This document shows, one piece after another, positions 52,389-64,000 of a stretch of 64,000 nucleotides of DNA. The notes beneath the pieces were generated by a model that saw only the letters and a list, made by a program, of their open reading frames with translations, had not been told where the DNA came from and made no database searches. Every line of letters begins with the position of its first letter. Within the stretch, counting starts at the first letter, position 1. A program made the position numbers and the translations under genes. The DNA is from Eledone cirrhosa (lineage: Eukaryota), in contig OZ024742.1 of assembly GCA_964016885.1 (NCBI GenBank), positions 199,392,001 through 199,456,000 of the forward strand, in the 5' to 3' direction.

Positions 52389-53732
52389 CATATGGGACCT
52401 CAAGGACAACAACATCACCTATGATCTCACTTGGAGATTACTGTCCAGAGCCAATTCTTCCACGGGAGGACGCCGTCCGTGCAATTTATGCTCGGAGGAA
52501 ACTTTACAAATGCTGTTTTCGACGGACCAACTCCTAAACAAGAAAGATGAACTGGTTACTGCATGTAAACATAGATTGCGTAGGACTTACCTCGCCCTCT
52601 AACCCCATAATGACCCGGGGGGGTAGACTAGGGCTATAACACCCCAGTTGCCGATTTTGCAATGGGTAACCCCTGCTTGCCAAGGAAGACGTAAGATCTT
52701 CTTTGTATTCTTTTATCGCTTCCTTTATTTCCTTCCCCCCTCTCTCCTTTGTCCTTCTACCCCAGCTCTTCTCCTTTGTCGGCGTCTTTTCTCGCCCACC
52801 CGAGGCTGCCCTTTGGCCCCATGTAGCCTTAGTACCCCCCCCCCCCCCTCCCCTAGCCTTTGATAGATTTGGCGGACTCCGCCCTTTATAGCAGTTGGCT
52901 TAGACCCCGGATATTTTCCCCCTTTTTCCGACCGCTCCCACTATTCTCTGTGCCCTCTATATTTCTTAGTGGCACATGCCTTATTTTTTCGTTTCAGTAT
53001 TTCTTGCTTCGCTTTTCTTCTGGGCGGGGTGGATTCTGAATTTATTTCTCCGTATTCTACCTTTATTTCGTACGAACTTTCATGTAGCTTGTTTTAGATC
53101 TTTTAGAGTTAGCATTAGTATATATTTTTCTCGGGACTCAGAATTATTATCTCGTACAAGTTCACTTTGCTGCACTGGGTCGTTGCTGGCCCGGGATGGA
53201 AACCTTTATTGTTTATTTCGTGGTAGTCTCTTTAGTATTTTGGCCCCTTTTGTTGACCCGTCACCGTATCATTTACGTACTTATACCTCTTAAAAGGGTC
53301 CTTGCCTTATCCGTCCCACCTAGTTCTCTTACTTATTTCCTTATTTATTTATTTATTTATTTATTTACTTCTTTCTTTCTTTCTTTATTTTATTCTCGCC
53401 TAACAATAGCCTGACACCTAGGTCGTAGAATTTAATTTACTTTACTTTTTTCTTTACACTTATTTGCTTTTCTTCACTCTCAGTATTTTTTCTTTCCTAT
53501 TTCTACCCCCCATTGTTCTACCTACCGTTCCGACCTCCTCCCCCTCCCCCTCCCCTGTATCTTCTTTGACCTCATGCCCAGCTGTAGCTGGCACTACCAA
53601 CGCTTGATTGGGTCCACTCCACCCCCTCCCCTCTTTCTCCTACTGGCAGGTTTAGCCACCATCTCCCCTACTAATTTGCAACCACAGAATTACTACTGAT
53701 TTTTGACAATCACTTTGACCATATATGGAATT

Positions 53733-53826
53733 ACCCCTTGAGAAGATCGGCTATTTAAATACCAGGATAAATTTTCATTTAGTCCAGAATTAGCCGTCGA
53801 AACGGCTTGAGCTCAGCTGTGGGGGT
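53733..53826 (+). ncRNA. Second copy of the U3:A8 hammerhead with cleavage triplet changed to GUG
   Basis: Reverse-complement match to 49124-49217 except C17>G at 53821. Confidence 0.75.
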
Positions 53827-53918
53827 CTTACTGGTTCCTATTACCCACTCTACTACCTCAAGTATTGAGTACTTTGGTGCGTTATGGTCCACATGGTTCC
53901 TTACCACATTTCCTTCGT

Positions 53919-53969
<51 letters not shown>

Positions 53970-54209
53970 ATACATATATACGTGTATATATATATACACA
54001 TATATATATATGTATATATATGCATATATATACATATATATGTATATATGTATATATATACATATATATGTATACATATATATGTATATATATACATATA
54101 TATGTATATATATACATATATGTATGTATATATATATACATATATGTATGTATATATATACATACATGTATGTATATATATAAATATGTAATGTATGTAT
54201 ATATATACA

Positions 54210-54291
<82 letters not shown>

Positions 54292-54294
54292 TAT

Positions 54295-54788
54295 TCCGAC
54301 ATCACACACTTACACCTCTCCAAGACTGTCACTGGACCGAGACCTTTGGCGGTACTCAGTAACAGAGAAGACCCGCCTTACCTAAATATATAGTAAAACC
54401 TACTCCAGCCAGTAGGCATCTCTAACAAAATACACCCCGTCCCACCACCACCACCACCACCCCACCCACACCACCCCGTTCTATGTAAAGTTATGTTGGT
54501 GCCGCGCCATCCAGGCCGAAAAAAATGAGATCGTGTAGGTGTCACGACAAAAAAACACACAGTCCACGCTGTAATGTGGCCGTGTAGGCAACACGGTAAA
54601 AACCTCCCAGACCCACACTGTAAATGTGGTTGGTGTTAGGAAGGGCATCCAACTGTAGAAAACCTGCCAGACAGTCCTATGCGAGCAAGACAATCACTCT
54701 TGCCTCAAGTGGGACTACCCCCGTCCAAACCCATGCAAGCGTGGAACACGGACGTTAAACGTTAATGATGATGATGATGATGATGATA
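54295..54788 (+). mobile_element. 3' end of RTE-type LINE with (GAT)n tail
   Basis: Aligns with 57455-57930 (DRDLWR..., 3' UTR). Confidence 0.8.
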
Positions 54789-54799
54789 CATATACACAT

Positions 54800-55717
54800 A
54801 TATATTTAATCGATTTCCACGTGCTATTGAAATGCTGGGTAAATATTCTATAGCTGTTGATCGCGAATAGATGGCTGTCGTTTATTTATCTATTATTTCT
54901 TTATAGGTGCCTTTTAATCTTATAGCCTGGTTTAATTGGTTTTTTGTGTCGTTAATTATGCTGATTGGGAGAGGAAATGGTGTATATATCTTATCAAATG
55001 ATTCTATGGACATTCTTTATAGTATATTGCTCTGATTATTTAATTAATTAATTCATCATTGAGCCACATCGTGAATGGTTGCCAAAAACATATATATATA
55101 TATCTATGACTTTGTCTAGTTTGTGTATATGTAAATCTTTATATTTGATAATCTCCCATAAGGTTGAGATGCAATTTAGGCAATATTAGGCTGCGCTTTC
55201 TAGCAACCATCCCACTTGCCGTAAGGCACCAATCACATTCTTTCTAACTTGACCACTGCCACGTCACAGTTCTTAGCCATTTTGAATTCGTTTCTGGCGT
55301 GGATCATTTAAGAAAAATCTTCATCCAAGTGAGTCTGTTTCCTGATGATTTCGAAGTTCGAGAATTTATCCTTGATCGGATATTTCCAAAAGCGATTGAA
55401 ACCCCAAGGGGTAGAAACGTAATCCTAGTAGGTTTATATACATTTTTTCTTCTAACTTTAATTTTATACCTAATTGTGTATGGTTGACGATATATTTAAT
55501 CGATTTCCACGTGCTATTGAAATGCTGGGTAAATATTCTATAGCTGTTGATCGCGAATAGATGGCTGTCGTTTATTTATCTATTATTTCTTCATAGGTGC
55601 CTTTTAATCTTATAGCCTGGTTTAATTGGTTTTTTTGTGTGGTTGATTATGATGATTGGGAGATGAAATGGTGTATATATCTTATCAAATGATTCTATGG
55701 ACATTCTTTATAGTATA
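54800..55717. repeat. ~225-bp direct repeat (54800-55027 and 55490-55717) in TA-bounded segments
   Basis: atatttaatcgatttccacgtgc...ggacattctttatagtatat occurs twice. Confidence 0.85.
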
Positions 55718-55729
55718 TATATACATATG

Positions 55730-56266
55730 CATGATGCGTGTATACGAACAGCAATGTTAGAAGGTAGTGAGACCTGGGCGCAGAATGTGGACGACTTGCG
55801 TAGATTAGAAAGAAACGAAGCCTGCATGCTCCGATGGATGTGTAATAGTAAAATATGCGAACGGCAAAGCATAAATGAATTGAGAGAGAGACTGAGCATA
55901 AGAGGAATCAAACACTGTGTGCAGGAAAGGCGGTTGCGTTGGTATGGACATGTGATGCGTATGAAGGATGACAGCTGCATAAAAAGGTGCAGAGCAGTAG
56001 AGGTCAATGGAAATCGCGGAGTGGGGAGACCCAAGAAGGTGATAAAAGCCGACCTTACCCAATTACACCAAAAAAAGCGCCCAGCACTCACTGTAAATGA
56101 GGTTGGTGTTAGGAAGGCCATCCAGCTGTAGAAATCAAGCCAGAATCAGTTCCCGTATGAGCAAGACAAGGTCAGCCGACTGGACACTGCCCACAATGGG
56201 ACAACCTATCTAACCCATGCTAGCGTGGAAGAACAGACGCAAAACGGTGATGATGATGATGATGAT
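55730..56266 (+). mobile_element. RTE-type LINE 3' fragment
   Basis: [32 protein letters not shown], then 3' tail and (GAT)n. Confidence 0.85.
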
Positions 56267-56282
56267 ATGTATGTGTATGTGT

Positions 56283-56314
<32 letters not shown>

Positions 56315-56321
56315 GTGCATA

Positions 56322-56436
<115 letters not shown>

Positions 56437-56595
56437 ATTTGAATGGATACAGTTTAGTTGAAAGGAATTTATTGACACGTGTTTCTATTTTTCTCCGGAT
56501 TACTTTTGGAATTTCAACTGAAACCGTCGAGCAAACTCTACGTGAGCTGTCAATCTACTGTGTGTAATATTTATATTACAACACAACGGAAAATA

Positions 56596-56675
<80 letters not shown>

Positions 56676-56726
56676 GTATATATATATATATACATACATA
56701 CATACATATATATATATATACATATT

Positions 56727-57930
56727 ATGTAGGAAGGAAAATAGGGCACTGGTCCCATCTGGGAAATGGCCATGCTCAGTGTGTAGGAAAGGAGTAGGCA
56801 GAAACTCCATTTTATGTTCCAAATGCAAAGTATGGGTGCATAAAAGATGTAGTGGGATCACAGGTAAGCTATCTAAGAATATAGATTTTATATGTGACCG
56901 GTGTTCAGGTGCAATAAGTAGCAGCAAGTGCCCACAGAATACTAGCCCATTCCATTGCACAGATGGTTCTATAGAAATAGTGGACACCTTCCGTTACCTG
57001 GGTGACAAAATCAGCAGTGGTGGAGGGTGCTCTGAAAGTACAGTAGCTAGAGTCAGAACGGGATGGAAAAAGTTCAGAGAGCTTATACCACTATTGGCCG
57101 CTAAAGGTTTCTCTCTAAAAATGAAAGGCAGGCTGTATGATGCCTGCATACGAACAGCAATGTTACACGGCAGTGATACTTGGGCATTGTGTGCAGAGGA
57201 TCTATGCAGACTGGAGAGGAACAAAGCTTGCATGCTCCGTTGGATGTGTAATACGTGAACGGCAAAGCATAAATGAACTAAGTGAGAAATTAGGAATAAG
57301 AGAAATCAGATGCTGTTTACTCGAGAGAAGACTACGTTGGTATGGTCACGTGATGCGCATGAAAGACGACAGCTGTATAAAAAAGTGCAGGGCGATCAAA
57401 ATAGATGGTAGCCACGGAGTAGGCAGACCCAGAAAAACCTGGGACGACTTGATAAATTCCGACCTCACACACTTACACCTCTCCAAGACAATGTCACTGG
57501 ACCGAGATCTTTGGCGCTACGCAGTAATACAGAAGACCCGCCTTGCCTAAGTGCAAAGCAAAACCTACAGTCAGTAGGCACCTCTTACCAAAATACACCC
57601 CCGTCCTACTACCCCCACCCATCCACACTACCCCCTTTTGATGTAAAGTTATGTTGGTACCACAACATCCAGTCCTAAATAATGAGGTCGTGTAGGTGTC
57701 ATGACAAAAAACACACAGTCCACGCTGTAATGTGGCCGTGTAGGTAACACGGTAAAAACCTCCTAGTCCACACTGTAAATGTGGTTGGTGTTAGGAAGGG
57801 CATCCAGCCGTAGAAAACCCGCCAGACAGTCCTATGCGAGCAAGACAACCAATCTTGCCTCAAGTGGGAAAATGCCCGTCCAAACCCATGCTAGCGTGGA
57901 AGATGGACGTTAAACGATGATGATGATGAT
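56727..57930 (+). mobile_element. RTE-type LINE 3' part with PHD-like Cys/His finger, frameshifted
   Basis: [50 protein letters not shown]; (GAT)n tail. Confidence 0.9.
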
Positions 57931-58005
57931 ACTATTCAAACAGAACTTAAAACGATAAGTTCTTGTTTTTTGGATATGTCACTATTTATAAAACAAGTTT
58001 TGTAT

Positions 58006-58061
58006 TTTATCTGATGAGAGCGTACCAACATTTTTGGTATCCTTGAAATATATATAATAGA
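58006..58061 (+). ncRNA. Minimal type I hammerhead motif (AUA triplet)
   Basis: TTTAT-CTGATGA-GAG CG TACCAA..TTGGTA TC CTT-GAAA-T ATAT A-TA|ATAGA; palindromic stem III loop. Confidence 0.65.
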
Positions 58062-58136
58062 CTAAATATGGTTTTATAAAGATAGTTTCCATTTATTAAT
58101 ATCATTGATATATACATACATATATACACATATATA

Positions 58137-58194
<58 letters not shown>

Positions 58195-58373
58195 AGTATG
58201 TATGTATACGTACATACATATATGTATACAGACGTACAGTAGTATGTATATATATATACATACATGCACACATATATACATGCACGCATTGGTTTACCGA
58301 ACATTTATTATAATGCTCGGTTTATTTGTAAACAAACAAACAGCCCGAATTACGCCATACAGTGTTTAGGCAA

Positions 58374-58435
58374 CCTTTGTTCTGTCCTACGCCATCTTGT
58401 TTTTAAAAACAAGATGGCGTAGGACAGAACAAAGG
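58374..58435. repeat. Perfect 62-bp palindrome
   Basis: CCTTTGTTCTGTCCTACGCCATCTTGTTTTT|AAAAACAAGATGGCGTAGGACAGAACAAAGG. Confidence 0.95.
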
Positions 58436-58466
58436 AGAGGCACAAAAACAAAGAAAAGAATCCCCA

Positions 58467-58509
58467 GTCACTGAAGAGGTCACAGAATGTGTGACGAAAG
58501 AACTTTGAC
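58467..58509 (+). ncRNA. Minimal type I hammerhead-like motif
   Basis: GTCA-CTGAAGA-G GTCACA GAATG TGTGAC-GAAA-G AA C-TT|TGAC; CUU triplet and minimal stem III. Confidence 0.6.
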
Positions 58510-59148
58510 AATATATGAACAATCGTCTGGTTGTGAAACCAACCAACCAACTGCAAATTTATAAATTTAATTTATAATAAATTGAAGTGAAAGCAACTGG
58601 TGCATGTGTTTCTTATTGGCAACATGACCCTCCCAAAGCATAACAATATATATATATATATATACATACATACATACATACATATATATATGTATATATA
58701 TATGTACATTTAGTAATGATGGTCTTAAGAATGAGTACTTAATTCTTCTTCTTTCACTTATTCCTGAGAGAGTCACGGGGAAGAGTCCTCAAACACACCT
58801 TCCATCATGTCCTGTCAAGCAACCATTTCCAACTGATCTGGCTAGATTCCCAAGTGAGACCAGCCATGCTCCTAGATGTTATCCAACCATCTTGCTTGGG
58901 ATCTACTCCTGGGTCTCCTGTCGGTTGGTTTTGCCTGTAATATCTGTCAAGTGATTCTTTCCTGAGACTTTAGTATAGATTGATATATGCTTCATTAAAG
59001 CCAAGCTTGAATCTTGTTACTTTGAAGTTTCTTCTCTCTACTCACATATATCTAATAAATGTAAAGTGAATATTTTTTTGTGTATTGTTAACTGGTCAGT
59101 GTGTCTCTTATATGACATAGTTGTAAATCTTTATATATTTTTATCAAG

Positions 59149-59279
59149 ATATGAAATTTCTATACTGGAAGCTGAGAGAGAAGAACTAAACAAGGAACTT
59201 TCCCTTGCTGAATGTGAAAGTAACCAGCGGATGGACATAAAAAATGCTGCACTATTGAAGAATTTATCTGAAACAAAAG
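59149..59279 (+). CDS. ODAD1: ODAD1/CCDC63-family coding exon 2
   Basis: AG|A TAT..: YEISILEAEREELNKELSLAECESNQRMDIKNAALLKNLSETK; GT donor; phases 2/1 fit neighbouring exons. Confidence 0.85.
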
Positions 59280-59317
59280 GTAAAATTAAGTCATTTATAA
59301 AATCTACAATAGATTAA

Positions 59318-59524
59318 CCTTTTAGCATTTACATTATTCTATATATTTTTTTAATTGTATTTTCACGATAGAGGCTTTACCTTACATAATTATCTCACAT
59401 AATATTGAATCTACAAGATTTTGATGTTATTCATTTTGAGAACAATGCCTTAATGTAGGTATGAGTGACCAGTTACATTCAGTTTGAACAGAGGCTGGAT
59501 ACGGTCGGTTTAAATGCTAAAGAG
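59318..59524. mobile_element. piggyBac-type MITE
   Basis: TTAA flanks; TIR CCTTTTAGCATTTA / TAAATGCTAAAGAG. Confidence 0.72.
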
Positions 59525-59894
59525 TTAAATAAGGGCAGTGAATTAGCAGTGTTGTTAGAGTATTGCACAAAACAACTTGTGGTATTTGTTCTGGTTTTCT
59601 ACACCAAGTTCAAATCTTGTTGAGGTCAACTTTGCCTTGCACCCTTTCAGGGACGAGTAGTTTTCTTACTAAACAATACAAAGTTTTCAATTTTCTAAGA
59701 TAAAAAAATTATGAATCTTGGGTAATGACCGAAAGAATACGATTGCGAATATAAGCAAAGTGTCTTTGGAGTAATGTTATTCGATAGAGTGCATAGCTCA
59801 GAGATCAAAGTCACTCCAGAGAGAGCCACTACTTCTCTGAATTAAGAGATCACAGCTTCAATACTATGGGCAACCTTGTCTCCTCCTCCTCCTC

Positions 59895-60140
59895 CTCCTC
59901 CTTCTTCTTCTTCCACATATTTCTGAGAGGGAGAGGGTTGTGGGAAAGCAGAGTCCTCAAATACTCCCTCCAGCGGGTCCTCTCAGAAGCAACCATCTCC
60001 AACTGATCAAGCTGGATTCCTAAGTGAGACCAGCCAAGCTCATGGATGTTATCCAACCATCTTGCTCAGGGTCTACCCCTGGGTCTACTGCCAGTTGATT
60101 TTGCCTGTAATCTGTCCAGCGATTCTTTCCAGAGCCATTC
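59895..60140 (-). mobile_element. RTE-type LINE 3' fragment (related copy at ~58745-58965)
   Basis: RWLDNIHELGWSHLGI..RTRWR, then (AAG/GAG)n tail. Confidence 0.7.
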
Positions 60141-60311
60141 TAACCAATTGATAATGTCATTCTCTCACTCATCAACACATCACTGTTTTGAGTACCACCG
60201 GTTTGAGTTAACAAGGGAGACAATTTGGTCACCCAGCCTGCTAGAAGTGGCAGACAAGTCTCCCTCAAATTATCCCTTACATATAATTTCAATGTGGGTT
60301 TTCTTTTACAG

Positions 60312-60493
60312 ATAATATTGATGAATGTATACAGAAAGAGAGAGAAATAATCAATAGTTTGGAGCAGCAGATAACAGAATGGATGAGAAAACAAAAAGAA
60401 TGGAACCAAGCCCATGGGGGGATTGAGAAGAACTTAAAATATAGCATTGCCACAGATAAGACTATTATGGTGATGGAGAATCGCTTGGATCAT
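60312..60493 (+). CDS. ODAD1: ODAD1/CCDC63-family coding exon 3
   Basis: ttttacag|AT..: DNIDECIQKEREIINSLEQQITEWMRKQKEWNQAHGGIEKNLKYSIATDKTIMVMENRLDH|gtaagt. Confidence 0.88.
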
Positions 60494-60967
60494 GTAAGTC
60501 TGGTACTATATTCAATTGGTTGGGATTTTGACTAGGTACTAGTTAGTAGTCTGTAGAGTTCCAGAAAAAAAAAATTTGGATTTCTGTGAGATACATAAAC
60601 AAATTAATTCAACTATATTTTACAGACAGAAGTTATACAATGATGGAAATATGAAAAAAAAGACAAAAATAAAATTATGCAAGGAAAAAATGGTGGGAAG
60701 AGGTAAAGAAGGGCAGATCTGGTAGTATAGGAAAGTAGAGGAAAGGGCTATAAATGTCATGGGTTCAATTCCTTGACTGCTTCTTAACTCAGCACTATGA
60801 CTGCATCACATTAAAAGATAAGTCTACTTTAGTTTACTGCAAATTTTCACAACAATCTCTCTTCTAGAAGAAATACTATAAATGTCTGAATGAACCCATT
60901 TTTAGATAGTTTCCGCTAAATTATTACAAGATGTTGAGAGTTAATTTATGTTGATTTGTCATTACAG

Positions 60968-61149
60968 TCTTGCAAGAAATTCAACCATTATTTGACTGAA
61001 AATCGTCACCTCCGCCAAAAAATTGATTCGTTGAAGGCTGAGAAGGAGAAGTTTGATGTGATACATCAAAAACTTGAGAAAGAGTATCACTATATACGGC
61101 AGGACATCACTAGACTGGTGGAGGAATCAACACATGCTTATGGATATCG
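60968..61149 (+). CDS. ODAD1: ODAD1/CCDC63-family coding exon 4 (gene continues past the window)
   Basis: tacag|SCKKFNHYLTENRHLRQKIDSLKAEKEKFDVIHQKLEKEYHYIRQDITRLVEESTHAYGYR|gtaag; fits the family pattern ENRLD..F...L..N..LR..ID.L....S..AY..R. Confidence 0.9.
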
Positions 61150-61198
61150 GTAAGATGATATGCTCATATATATATATATATTATATGTGTGTGTATAT

Positions 61199-61730
61199 AT
61201 CATCATCATCATCATCATCCCCGTTTTATGTCTGTTCTTCCATGCTAGCAAGGGTTAAACGGGTTGTCCTGTTGTGGGCAGTGTCCGGTTGGCTGACCAT
61301 GTCTTGCTCATACAGGAACTGATTCTGGCTTGATTTCTACAGCTGGATGCCCTTCCTAACACCAACTTCATTTACAGTAAGTGCTGGGTGCTTTTTTCCG
61401 TGGCGCTACACGTCCACTTTACAGTGTGGGCTGAGTGCTTTTTTGCCGTGGCACCTCCACGACCACTTTGCAGTGGGAGGGGGTGGGGGCATATTGTCTA
61501 TATGCTTCAGCTTCGGCTTGTACCCGTGGGGGGTTCGGGTCTTCTGCTTTACTGTGTGACGCCAGAGGTCACGGTCGTGAGAGGTGTAATTGGGTAAGGT
61601 CGGCTTTTAACACCTCATCCCAGGTCTTCTTGGGCCTCCCCACTCTGCAGCTTCCATCGACTTCTAGTGCTCTGCACCTTTTTATGCAGCTGTCATCCTT
61701 CATACGCATCACATGTCCATACCAACGCAA
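61199..61730 (-). mobile_element. RTE-type LINE 3' fragment
   Basis: Reverse strand LRWYGHVMRMKDDSCIK..GRPKKTW plus tail and (GAT)n. Confidence 0.82.
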
Positions 61731-61870
61731 GAGAGAGAGAGAGAGAGAGAGAGTGTGGTTCTGAGACCGAGGAGACGTCTAAACATGGCAGCACTCATTG
61801 CAAGGGGAGATGCAGAGTGGGTATAGAGATAGGTAAAGTCCTGACTGTTTGGTGCTGTTTTTTGGATTTT

Positions 61871-61919
<49 letters not shown>

Positions 61920-61922
<3 letters not shown>

Positions 61923-62263
61923 CATCATTTCATCATTTCATTTTACGTCCACTTTTCCCTGCTTGCAAGGGTGGGACGGGAACTGATTCTGGCTTGATTT
62001 CTACAGCTGGATGCCCTTCGTAACACCAACCTCATTTACAGTGAGTGCTGGGTGCTTTTTTGCCGTGGCGCCTACACGTCCACTTTGCAGTGGAATGATA
62101 GGGACTGGGGTCCCTATTATCTCATTTCTACAGCTGAGTAAACTGGAGCAATGTGAAATAAAGTGTCTTGCTCAAGGAAACAACACATCACCCGGTCTGA
62201 GAATTGAACTCACAACCTTTCGATTGCAAGCCCAATGCTCTAACCACTAAGCCATGTGCCTCC
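61920..62263 (-). mobile_element. Composite SINE (copy of 42860-43200)
   Basis: Reverse-complement match along the full length. Confidence 0.8.
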
Positions 62264-62300
62264 ATATATATATACATATACATACATACATACATACATA

Positions 62301-63480
62301 CATGGTGGCTGCCAACTCGTTTTCGAGTACGGCCACTACTTTATATCCATGTAGGAGAACCCCTACCGATGCGCTAAACAAGTGTGACTTTTTAGTCCAG
62401 CCAGCGACTTGAAAACTCTGGTACAAAGACTACACTTGTGACAATTATTGACACATAGTGCTGGGCCCATGGTGCCATATGATGACAAGTGCAGAGAGAT
62501 CTCCAGATATAAAGCAATGCCTGTGCCGTGAAGCTTTTATAGTGAGCAAAGGCACTGCACAAAGCCAGTCCCACTATCTTAACCAAGATGATATTTACCA
62601 AAAAGAAGAACAAGTCAACATCATTGGATACCATCAGGGTTGCAGGTGTTATATCAGAGTTTTCCTTCTCCTAGAATTCTGCCTTGACAAAGGCTAAGGG
62701 GTCATCTCTCCCGGTGATTTTGGATGGACATTGACTCTTAAGAGGTCTTTTGCCCTTTGACAGGTTTTGTTTTTAGTCCTGCAGGATGTCCAAAGTCACC
62801 CTCCTCACCAAGAAACCTTGGTGGGGTTGCCAGCCAACGACCCGACCATGGGACAGGTTGTACCGGGATACATGTTACCAGTAGCACCAACTGGAGACCC
62901 GACATATACATACATATATATATACATACATATATACATGGTGGCTGCCAACTCGTTTTCGAGTACGGCCACTACTTTATATCCATGTAGGAGAACCCCT
63001 ACCGATGCGCTGAACGAGTGTGACTTTTTAGTCCAGCAGGCGACTTGAAAACTCTGGTACAAACACTACACTTGTGACAATTATTGACACAGGCCCATGG
63101 TACCATGTGACGACGAGGGTAGAGAGATCTCCAGATATAAAGCAATGCCTGTGCCGTGAAGCTTTTATAGTGAGCAAAGGCACTGCACAAAGCCAGTCCC
63201 ACTCTCTTAACCAAGATGATATTTACAAAAAAGAAGAACAACTCAATATTATTGGATACCATCAGGGTTGCAGGTGTTATATCAGTTTTCCTTCTAGAAT
63301 TCTGCCTTGACAAAGGCTAAGGGGTCATCTCTCCCGGTGATTTTGGATGGCCATTGATTCTTAAGAGCTTCTTTGCCCTTTGACAGGTTTTGTTTTTAGT
63401 CCTGCAGGATGTCCAAAGTCACCCTCCTCACCAAGAAACCTTGGTGGGGTTGCCAGTTTAGTCGCCAACGACCCGACCAT
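62301..63480 (-). mobile_element. Two tandem copies of the non-autonomous RTE-derived element
   Basis: 62301-62903 and 62937-63480 match 43240-43786. Confidence 0.8.
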
Positions 63481-63514
63481 GAGACATACATACATACATA
63501 CATACATACATACA

Positions 63515-63614
<100 letters not shown>

Positions 63615-63752
63615 AGTTTATCCCGGGTTCAACCAAGGGTAACCACAGTAAGTAAGGTAATCAATAGGAAGCAGAATATAAATATTTAATATATTTAACA
63701 TAGAAATGGCTTCTACAGGACTAGAACTGTTTCATTCGGGAAAAATCATCAG

Positions 63753-63803
63753 GGCTTCCTGATGATTTCTCTCGAATGAAACAGTTCTAGTCCTGTAGAA
63801 GCC
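63753..63803 (+). ncRNA. Type I hammerhead motif (GUA triplet) inside a 130-bp imperfect palindrome (63691-63820)
   Basis: GGCTTC-CTGATGA-TTTC TCTC GAAT-GAAA-CAG TTCTAGTC CTG-TA|GAAGCC. Confidence 0.75.
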
Positions 63804-63858
63804 ATTTCTATATTAAATATATATATGTATATATATATAATGATATATATATATCATT

Positions 63859-63905
<47 letters not shown>

Positions 63906-64000
63906 TTAACATCTGTTTCCCCAGCTAGCAAAGGTAGTTCTGTATTAGCATGGTCACCTGATCTGGCATTGCTCACAACATGACAACCTATCTAATTCAT

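Larger units (their letters stand above)
49110..53920. mobile_element. Penelope-like element (Naiad-type) with inverted pLTR arms, inserted in (TA)n
   Basis: Arms 49110-50560 and 52389-53840 are near-perfect reverse complements; RT + GIY-YIG ORF on the minus strand; hammerhead motif in each arm. Confidence 0.95.

Noticed and set aside
56470-56503. Minus-strand GAAACACGTGTC resembling a PLE hammerhead 3' half
   Set aside because: Upstream core reads CCGGAGA and stems I/II are not formed; at best a decayed relic.
62820-62903. HDV-like ribozyme at the 5' end of the RTE-derived element
   Set aside because: Partial P2/P3-like pairing and CTAA are present, but I could not build P1/P1.1; it needs a descriptor search.

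Overview
Repeat-rich animal genomic DNA. The SINE, LINE and microsatellite style suggests a cephalopod such as octopus; this is inference only. Bases 1 to ~35.3 kb are the right-hand end of a ~1.4-kb tandem array. Each unit carries a minus-strand tRNA-Cys(GCA) gene (25 copies, most intact), a degenerate intron-containing elongator tRNA-Met(CAT) 23 nt downstream of it, and a dead CR1/L2-type LINE RT fragment on the plus strand. The units form higher-order repeats and the terminal unit is divergent. From 39.2 kb lie the first four coding exons of an ODAD1/CCDC114/CCDC63-family gene (outer dynein arm docking complex, + strand). Its ~19.8-kb intron holds a near-complete Naiad-type Penelope-like element with 1.45-kb inverted arms, an RTE LINE, SINEs, MITEs and (TA)n tracts. 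Reading the RNA structure by eye shows at least seven type-I hammerhead ribozyme motifs in about six unrelated sequence contexts, including a U3:A8 core variant. Most ORFs in the supplied track are LINE debris or microsatellite artefacts.
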